A DNA stretch of 64,000 nt from Escherichia coli (GTDB taxonomy: Bacteria > Pseudomonadota > Gammaproteobacteria > Enterobacterales > Enterobacteriaceae): assembly GCF_002854065.1 (NCBI RefSeq), contig NZ_CP024154.1; one strand, given 5' to 3'. Numbering within the stretch: position 1 is the stretch's first letter; each line of letters opens with the position of its first letter. Below are positions 9,856 to 16,899 of the stretch, piece after piece. The position numbers were made by a program, and so were the translations under genes. The notes beneath the pieces were generated by a model, which did no database searches, was not told where the DNA came from, and saw only the letters and a program-made list of their open reading frames with translations.

Positions 9856-10448
9856 TGAAATCAGACGAAAAATACCAGGTTCCCGCGTGGATGCGACCTC
9901 TGTTGCCGTTGCTCTGCAACACCGGGGGGAACGATCCGGAAGAACTGCTGAATGATACAGAAACCACTGCCAGTGCGAATGTTGTCCGTTATGTACTGAT
10001 AGTTGCTGTGCGGTCGCAGGTTGATCTGCTGCAGCTTCTGTACAGGAAAGGGCTGTTGCGCACAGAGATACCAGGTGGCTTTTCACCGGAAGAAGCGCAG
10101 GCACTCCTGGATAATCTGGTGCGCAGCCATATCAGCAGGGCGCTGTCGGGCGAGCGAATGGCAGCCCGTGACAGAAATGCCGATCTGGCCTGGATTGGAC
10201 AGCAACTGGTCGATGCCGCCTGGTTTGTCCGTGCCACACTGGAAGCGCATGGGATGAGCGTCGGAAATGAGAGCCCCCCTGCTCCGCCGGAGACAATGCC
10301 GGACATACAGACACGGGAACTGGTTATGTTGATCAAGCGACTGGCATCATCGCTGAAAGCGGTGAAACCCGACAGTAGCGTGGTGCGTGAAGCGCAGGAC
10401 TGGCTGTGCGACAGAAAACTTGTGGATATCACAGATATTCTCCGGTGA
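9852..10448 (+). CDS. hypothetical leading-region protein (198 aa)
   Basis: ATG 9852 overlaps psiA stop; SD GGAGAA upstream; no recognised motif. Confidence 0.5.
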   Translation: MMKSDEKYQVPAWMRPLLPLLCNTGGNDPEELLNDTETTASANVVRYVLIVAVRSQVDLLQLLYRKGLLRTEIPGGFSPEEAQALLDNLVRSHISRALSGERMAARDRNADLAWIGQQLVDAAWFVRATLEAHGMSVGNESPPAPPETMPDIQTRELVMLIKRLASSLKAVKPDSSVVREAQDWLCDRKLVDITDILR

Positions 10449-10566
10449 ACCAGACATGTATATTTTACGCAGGGACACGCCGATCATGATCGTTTCATAT
10501 CAGGGGTGGTCTGGAGGTCATGCGGCGTGTCCTCTGCACTCGCCGGAATAAGGAAGTCGCCGGCGG

Positions 10567-10892
10567 CTCCGCTTTTACCCGGCCATGCGGGGCATGGCCT
10601 TGTGGGTTTTCAGTTATGTGGCCGCCGTGTCGTGTGCGGGCTGTGCCGTGCCTCCATCGTAGCCGGGCTTCTGCGGGCGGGATGCAAGGTAAGATGAACC
10701 GCTGCGGTCACCCGGTCCCTCCTTCCCGTCTGCCGTGATTTTCCGGTCGTTCACCCGCTCAGATTTCGCGGTCTCACCCTCCAACTCCCGTCAGCCGTGC
10801 GCGTCGGGCTGCGGCTTTCCTTGCGCCCTTGCATCCCTGCAGGCCCGGCAAAGATGGAGGCACGGCACCGCCCGGTGTCGCAGAACATGTGA
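10567..10892 (+). repeat. repeat family A copy 2, putative single-strand promoter
   Basis: About 95 percent identical to 3620-3945; ends immediately upstream of the ardA SD. Confidence 0.6.
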
Positions 10893-10909
10893 CTATGGAG
10901 GATTCGGGA

Positions 10910-11410
10910 ATGTCTGTTGTTGCACCTGCTGTATACGTTGGAACCTGGCACAAATACAACTGTGGAAGCATCGCCGGACGCTGGTTTGACCTGACCACGT
11001 TTGATGATGAGCGCGACTTTTTCGCCGCCTGCCGTGCTCTTCACCAGGATGAAGCCGATCCTGAACTGATGTTTCAGGATTATGAGGGATTCCCGGGGAA
11101 TATGGCCTCTGAATGTCATATCAACTGGGCCTGGGTTGAAGGCTTCCGCCGGGCACGGGATGAAGGCTGCGAAGAGGCTTATCGTCTCTGGGTGGATGAT
11201 ACCGGTGAGACGGATTTTGACAGCTTCCGCGATGCCTGGTGGGGCGAGGCTGACAGTGAGGAGGCTTTTGCGGTTGAGTTCGCCAGTGATACCGGCCTGC
11301 TGGCTGACGTGCCGGAGACGGTGGCGCTCTATTTTGACTATGAGGCGTATGCGCGGGATTTATTCCTGGACTCCTTCACCTTTATTGACGGTCATGTGTT
11401 CCGTCGGTGA
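10910..11410 (+). CDS. ardA: anti-restriction protein ArdA (DNA mimic)
   Basis: 166-aa highly acidic protein (MSVVAPAVYVGTWHKYNCGSIAGRWFDL...); SD GGAGGA; leading-region position. Confidence 0.88.
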   Translation: MSVVAPAVYVGTWHKYNCGSIAGRWFDLTTFDDERDFFAACRALHQDEADPELMFQDYEGFPGNMASECHINWAWVEGFRRARDEGCEEAYRLWVDDTGETDFDSFRDAWWGEADSEEAFAVEFASDTGLLADVPETVALYFDYEAYARDLFLDSFTFIDGHVFRR

Positions 11411-11591
11411 TTTACTCCCCCGCTCCGGCGGGGGTATGGCCTGCCAGGCCGCCGGAAAACCCTGGCAGGCTTACGCCTGCCTGAAATGCAGGAGGGCCGC
11501 GCCTGCGGCGCTGCCCTTCCTGCCCGTCATGGTGTGAGGCATTTTTCTGTTATGTCGTTTCTGTTGTTCTGATTTCCGGAGGCGGGGACAC

Positions 11592-12090
11592 CTTCGGCTC
11601 CCGGCTGCCTGGCGGCATCCGGTCGTCAGGCCCGACTCCGACAGGCAGCTGCTGGCGCACCCGCCAGTCTCCGCCGAACCCGCTGGCGCGGTTTCGGGCT
11701 GCCGCTACGGTCCGATGTCTGAAAAACCAGGCTTGCAGCGACCGTTCCGGTCGCGCCGCCCCTGTCGCGCCGGAAACGGCGCTCCCTGCACACCTGACGG
11801 TGTGTAAGGCCACTGCGCCTGATGGCGCAGTTGTCTGCCCTTCCGCCGCCCCCCCTGCGGCCTGTTTCCCCGCTGTGGACTTTCCGGGGGCTGAAGCGGC
11901 CACAACACGTTTCAGCCGTCCAGGGGAGAGATGTACCAGCCACAAAACTTTTTGCCGCAGGCGTCAAAAACTTTTGCGTCTGCCCCCGGACAACTGCCCC
12001 GTGCCGTGGCAGTCGCTGCCCTATCGGAAAGGTCCACTGCGGGGAGAAACCCCGAAGAAGTGGACGGCAGAAGGGGCTTTCGCCCCTCCG
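11592..12090 (+). repeat. repeat family B copy 2, putative single-strand promoter
   Basis: Near-identical to 5249-5745; ends about 50 nt before ORF 12143. Confidence 0.6.
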
Positions 12091-12142
12091 GGGGAGCAAC
12101 CGGTCGGCCCGGCGACCTGATTCAGCAGAAGGAGACGTTTTC

Positions 12143-12577
12143 ATGACAGTCAGCAGCACGATTTCCGTTTTTTGCCGCGACGGGGTGTTCCGTACCGTTT
12201 ACTGCCACCTGCACGGTGAGCCGACCTGGAACGGTCGCATCCTGCATACCCACTATGCCACTGGTCAGCAGGCCGAAGCCCTGGTTGAACACGGTGATAT
12301 CCGTTGCCTCGGTCCCCGTTGCGACAAACCCGCCGGGCATACGCTTCAGAACCCGGTGGACGGTGTGACGGCTTATTACGGACGTGACAGTGGTTTCCGG
12401 ATGGACAGTGAGGCGCGTGAGTACCGTTCTTTCAGGGAGGCCATCGCCACGGAAAGCACTGAAGAGGTGCGCTTCCATTATGTGTTCATCGACGGCTACT
12501 GGAAGGTGATGTACCGCACGCCGGAAGGCTGGAAGATGAAGTCGCTTGCGCTGGCACTGCGCCGCTGTCCGAAATGA
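12143..12577 (+). CDS. hypothetical protein (144 aa) directly downstream of repeat B2
   Basis: SD AAGGAG 7 nt upstream of ATG; Cys/His-containing; rho-independent terminator hairpin downstream (about 12579-12606). Confidence 0.55.
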   Translation: MTVSSTISVFCRDGVFRTVYCHLHGEPTWNGRILHTHYATGQQAEALVEHGDIRCLGPRCDKPAGHTLQNPVDGVTAYYGRDSGFRMDSEAREYRSFREAIATESTEEVRFHYVFIDGYWKVMYRTPEGWKMKSLALALRRCPK

Positions 12578-12669
12578 AAAAAAGGCAGGGCGATAAACCC
12601 TGCCTCTCTCCGCCGCTGCTTCCCGGCCAGGAAGAGCGGCAGTCATCAACAACATAAGGAGAAATATTT

Positions 12670-12936
12670 GTGAGACCATCAATTATCTTTGCAACGGCTG
12701 AATATGTAAAGCGTCTGCGTGAAGAGTGCCTGCGGGAGAATAAACCCCTGCACCGCCATACCCGCTTCAGACGTCAGGAGCTGGCACAGGATGAGATTAA
12801 CCCGGACGTCCTGGCGATGAGCAGTCATATCGCCAGACGCTGCAGTAAGCAGAAGCGGGTGCGTATCCCCGCGATGAAAGCCAGCGAATGGGGCCACCTG
12901 CTCCGCGCGCTTGAAATTGAGCGGGTCTGCCACTGA
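12670..12936 (+). CDS. hypothetical small basic protein (88 aa, GTG start)
   Basis: ORF only; Arg/Lys-rich. Confidence 0.3.
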   Translation: MRPSIIFATAEYVKRLREECLRENKPLHRHTRFRRQELAQDEINPDVLAMSSHIARRCSKQKRVRIPAMKASEWGHLLRALEIERVCH

Positions 12937-13000
12937 TTAACCCTTGCCGTCTGCCTGTGCAGGCGGCAGGATACGTTCAGACATCTCACCAGGAGGAACC

Positions 13001-13951
13001 GTGAGTAAGAAGAAAAACACCACAACGCCCACGCCGCATGATGCCGCGTTCCGGTCGTTCCTGGCGAATCCCGACGTTGCCAGGGATTTTCTGGAACTGC
13101 ATCTTCCTGCGGAGCACCGGCAGTTGTGCGACCTGTCCACGCTGAAGCTGGAACCCGCCACCTTTGTTGAGCCGGACCTGCATCAGTACGCCAGCGATAT
13201 CCTCTGGAGCGTGAAAACCACCGGGGGTGAAGATGGTTATGTTTATACGCTCATCGAGCACCAGAGCACAGAAAATCTGTACATGCCTTTTCGCATGTTA
13301 CGCTACAGTGTGGCGGCGATGCAGAGACATCTGGAGCAGCACAAAACGTTGCCACTGGTGATTCCGGTGCTGTTCTATCACGGTGAGCGCAGCCCGTACC
13401 CGTACAGCATGAACTGGCTGGACTGTTTTGAGAATCCGGCACTTGCGGCTAAAATATACACAAAGCCGTTTCCGCTGGTTGATATCACTGTCGTTGATGA
13501 CAATGAAATCATGAACCATCGCCGGATGGCCGCACTGACGCTGCTGATGAAGCATATCCGCCATCGTGACATGATGGAGCTGCTGGACAAACTCCCGCAG
13601 GTCATGGTGGAAATTTCAGATGAACAGGTGCGTGTTCTGATTCATTACATCGTTAACGCAGGGGACTCTGTATCACCGGAATTTATGCGGGCGCTGGCTG
13701 AGCGTCTGCCGCAGCATGAGGATAAACTGATGACTATCGCAGAACGTCTTGAGCAAAAAGGTCGCCAGGAAGGCAGGATGGAAGGACGCATGGAAGGACG
13801 CATGGAAGGACGCATGGAAGGACGCATGGAAGGAGCGCTTGAAAAAGCCCTGGCTATTGCGTGCCAGCTTCAGAAAATGGGGATGACGCCGGAGCAGATT
13901 AAGCAGGCTACCGGACTTTCCGATGACGAACTGAAGAACATCACTCACTGA
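13001..13951 (+). CDS. Rpn-family (YhgA-like, transposase_31) PD-(D/E)XK recombination-promoting nuclease
   Basis: N-terminal YhgA-like motifs (HDAAFRSF, ASDILW, YTLIEHQS); SD CAGGAGGA before GTG 13001; C-terminal tail carries (EGRM)n repeat; terminator hairpin at about 13963-13990. Confidence 0.75.
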   Translation: MSKKKNTTTPTPHDAAFRSFLANPDVARDFLELHLPAEHRQLCDLSTLKLEPATFVEPDLHQYASDILWSVKTTGGEDGYVYTLIEHQSTENLYMPFRMLRYSVAAMQRHLEQHKTLPLVIPVLFYHGERSPYPYSMNWLDCFENPALAAKIYTKPFPLVDITVVDDNEIMNHRRMAALTLLMKHIRHRDMMELLDKLPQVMVEISDEQVRVLIHYIVNAGDSVSPEFMRALAERLPQHEDKLMTIAERLEQKGRQEGRMEGRMEGRMEGRMEGRMEGALEKALAIACQLQKMGMTPEQIKQATGLSDDELKNITH

Positions 13952-14013
13952 TGAGAACCACAAAGCCCGGCAAAATGCCGGGTTTTTTTGTCAGCAGGAG
14001 CAGAGCAAACAGC

Positions 14014-14196
14014 ATGACGATTGCAGAACGTCTTATACAGAAAGGTTTCGACGAAGGTTTTAAGAAAGGTGCGCTTGAAGTGGCGCGGGAAGCAGCCTGC
14101 CGGCTGCGGGATATGGGCTGGACGCCGGAACGGATTCAGGAGGCAACCGGACTTTCCGGTGAAGAACTGAAAAAGCTGTTTCCTGATGAGCAGTAG
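14014..14196 (+). CDS. free-standing paralog of the Rpn C-terminal tail domain (60 aa)
   Basis: MTIAERLIQKG...TPERIQEATGLSGEELKKLF aligns with the Rpn tail MTIAERLEQKG...TPEQIKQATGLSDDELKNI; weak SD; hairpin terminator downstream. Confidence 0.45.
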   Translation: MTIAERLIQKGFDEGFKKGALEVAREAACRLRDMGWTPERIQEATGLSGEELKKLFPDEQ

Positions 14197-14226
14197 CCTG
14201 GCATTCTGCCAGGCTGTGAATCACGC

Positions 14227-14478
14227 TCACACATTCCCTGCCGTTTCCCCCAGTTCATTTTCCAGTCGCCTGATGATATCTGCCTTACGCATCCCCTGCA
14301 TGTGAGGCAGCAGGTCACGGACTGAAAGTGCCTGGGTGGTCCTCCAGACGGTGACATCCACCTGTTCCGCATTTTCCCAGGCGTGCCATGTTCTCTGTGT
14401 CACGCCAAATTCTCTGGCCGCTTTTTCGCGTGACCAGAGCATGCTTTTTCGCCAGATTCGCAGTTCCCAGCCGGTCAT
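14227..14478 (-). CDS. helix-turn-helix (XRE/Cro-like) transcriptional regulator (83 aa)
   Basis: HTH signature SREKAAREFGVTQRTWHAWE; AT-rich upstream region with GTGAA-N5-TTCAC inverted repeat. Confidence 0.55.
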   Translation of the reverse strand: MTGWELRIWRKSMLWSREKAAREFGVTQRTWHAWENAEQVDVTVWRTTQALSVRDLLPHMQGMRKADIIRRLENELGETAGNV

Positions 14479-14680
14479 AAAACACCTTTGAAAAAGTGAA
14501 AAAACTTCACTTTATTTTATCATCATAGTCACCAAGTCAGCGCGATAAATAAGAGTGAAAAAGTAAAGAAATTTCATTTTTTTTAGTTGTAGGTGTCGTG
14601 CTGTTTTCTCTGTTTTCACCTGTGCGGGAGTGGGCGTCAGTGACCACCACATGCCATTGTTGTGCCGTCGTTTTTCTTCA

Positions 14681-15010
14681 GTCGCGCCGGATGCGGCGCT
14701 CCCTGCACACCTGACGGTGTGTAAGGCCACTGCGCCTGATGGCGCAGCTGTCTCTGCCTGTCTGCCGCCGCACTGCGGCCTGTTCTCCGCAGACGGACTT
14801 TCCGGGGGTGCATACACGACCACATCCCGTTTCAGTCGTCCAGGGGAGAGATGTACCAGCCACAAAACTTTTTACCGCAGGCGTCAAAAACTTTTGCGTC
14901 TGCCCCCGGACAACTGCCCCGTGACGTGGTGAGCGTCCCCCGTCGGAAAGGTCCACTGCGGGGAAATCCCCGAAGACCCGGACGGCAGAAGGAGCTTCGC
15001 TCCTCCGGGA
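14681..15010 (+). repeat. repeat family B copy 3 (5'-truncated), putative single-strand promoter
   Basis: Matches the 3' two-thirds of copies B1/B2; ends about 45 nt before ORF 15057. Confidence 0.55.
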
Positions 15011-15056
15011 AATGACCTGGCTGACCCGGCAGTCGTGACGATGAGGAGACAATGTG

Positions 15057-15905
15057 ATGAATCAGACTTTACCCACTGCTGACCTGAATACTGCCGGCAC
15101 GACAGATGTTATTCTGTCTGTGGCTATCGACCGCATCATAGCGCAGCGTAACGAAGGTATTGCACTGTTCATGCAGGCGATGGAATGCCTGGCGACAGCG
15201 CGCAGGATTCTGCTCGATGCTTCCGGTGACATTTTTCTCTACGGGTTTGAAGACTGCGTGACTGACTCCGTTCGGTGCATGGATAAACCGGAAGAAGCAA
15301 AAAAGAATATCACCCGTCTTGCCGACCGGAAAATCTGGGATCGCCTGATGACGGATACTGGCATGTACACCTTCATGAGTTCATGCCAGCGTGATGAGTG
15401 GAACAGCCAGCTGATGAGCGACACCTGTCCTGAAATCACCCTGGACAATGTACTGGCAACTTTTCGCTATCTGAATGCCAGCAAGATGCGGACGTTTGAA
15501 CAGGGACTGATTGATGTCTGGCGGAAATTGTCATGGGATTACAGAACCAATAATCCCTGCCGTCTGGGCAAGAAAATCATTATTGAAAACCTGCTGTACC
15601 GCTGGAGTAACGGGCGTGTGACGCTGGACTGCAGCGGACGGGAGGCACTGGATGACCTGGTATGTCCGTTTTATCTACTGGAGGGACGCAACGTTCCTGA
15701 CTTCAGGAACAGCATCGGGGCGCAGTATGGTGAATATCTCGGGAACGGCGATAATGTCGGTAAGCTGTTAGAAGGGGAATATTTTACGGTGCGTGGCTAC
15801 CAGAAAGGGACCGTACACATTGTCTTTAAGCGTCCTGACCTTGTTGAAAAACTGAATGATATTATTGCACGGCATTATCCTGGTGCATTGCCGCCACGAG
15901 TCTGA
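15057..15905 (+). CDS. hypothetical protein (283 aa); oriT-proximal plus-strand gene of the leading region
   Basis: SD GAGGAG 7 nt upstream of ATG 15057; directly behind repeat B3; terminator hairpin at about 15911-15945. Confidence 0.55.
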   Translation: MNQTLPTADLNTAGTTDVILSVAIDRIIAQRNEGIALFMQAMECLATARRILLDASGDIFLYGFEDCVTDSVRCMDKPEEAKKNITRLADRKIWDRLMTDTGMYTFMSSCQRDEWNSQLMSDTCPEITLDNVLATFRYLNASKMRTFEQGLIDVWRKLSWDYRTNNPCRLGKKIIIENLLYRWSNGRVTLDCSGREALDDLVCPFYLLEGRNVPDFRNSIGAQYGEYLGNGDNVGKLLEGEYFTVRGYQKGTVHIVFKRPDLVEKLNDIIARHYPGALPPRV

Positions 15906-15989
15906 TTAAACAGAAAAGCCCTGGTATTTATGCCGGGGCTTTTTTTCTGTAATCATCATAATCTCAGAACACGATGTGACATTGTCACA

Positions 15990-16331
15990 TCAATTGTTGT
16001 TCATATCGATGCCATCTTTCCTGCCTGAATCTGTCTTTTTAGGTGCTGTTTTAGAGGAAGAACGGCGGGATGGTTTTTTCGATTCTGCTTCCCGAATAAT
16101 GTCACGAAGTGCTTTCTCTCCTACTTCATACCCTGCATTTTTGAGCGTGTCACGAACATCTGCCAGTGTATAACCCTTTGTCCTTACCAGGACAATGATG
16201 TCATCACGAATGGCATCAAGAAAATCACGCAATGTTTTCCGTTGAGCGGTGAGGTCCGGCAATTCCGATAAGGCAGCTTTTGCCAGCTGGATGTCATCAT
16301 CTGAGTAAAATTTTTTAGAAGCCATTGGCAC
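15990..16331 (-). CDS. hypothetical small basic protein next to oriT (possible DNA-binding protein)
   Basis: ORF of 113 aa with Lys/Arg/Ser-rich C-terminus; stop codon lies within a perfect 20-bp palindrome. Confidence 0.4.
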   Translation of the reverse strand: MPMASKKFYSDDDIQLAKAALSELPDLTAQRKTLRDFLDAIRDDIIVLVRTKGYTLADVRDTLKNAGYEVGEKALRDIIREAESKKPSRRSSSKTAPKKTDSGRKDGIDMNNN

Positions 16332-16439
16332 TTTCTCTCTGTTTTATGTTGAAGCCTGATTTTATCACCAAAACTGCCCCTGGCAGGGCTGCGCCCTGCC
16401 TCTGCCGTCTGCATAAGACTATGATGCACAAAAATAACA

Positions 16440-16545
16440 GGCTATAATTGACCGAAAAACGGGACAGGATGTGGGAATGTCGGACCGCGCACGCGCACTC
16501 AGACATTCCCCACCTGGTCAGGGCTTTGCCCCGACACCCCGGTAA
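16440..16545. other. oriT: origin of transfer (oriT) with inverted repeats, immediately upstream of nikA
   Basis: GGGAATGTC...GACATTCCC inverted repeat flanking a GC-rich core, plus GGTCAGGGCTTTGCCCCGAC; position and orientation relative to nikA-nikB and the leading region. Confidence 0.65.
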
Positions 16546-16555
16546 GGAGCAGACC

Positions 16556-16888
16556 ATGAGTGAGAAGAAAACCCGAACGGGCAGTGAGAACAGGAAGAGA
16601 ATTGTAAAATTCACGGCGAGATTCACGGAGGATGAGGCTGAAATCGTAAGAGAAAAAGCGGAGTCAAGTGGACAGACGGTTTCAACATTTATACGAAGCT
16701 CTTCACTGGATAAGGTGGTTAACTGCCGTACTGACGACCGTATGATTGATGAGATTATGCGTCTTGGCCGCCTTCAGAAGCATCTGTTTGTGGAGGGAAA
16801 ACGCACTGGTGATAAGGAGTATGCAGAGGTTCTTGTTGCCATTACTGAATATGTCAATGCTCTGCGAAGAGACTTAATGGGACGCTGA
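16556..16888 (+). CDS. nikA: relaxosome accessory protein NikA (ribbon-helix-helix)
   Basis: 110-aa product immediately upstream of the relaxase; SD AAGGAG. Confidence 0.85.
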   Translation: MSEKKTRTGSENRKRIVKFTARFTEDEAEIVREKAESSGQTVSTFIRSSSLDKVVNCRTDDRMIDEIMRLGRLQKHLFVEGKRTGDKEYAEVLVAITEYVNALRRDLMGR

Positions 16889-16899
16889 GATAACTGCTG

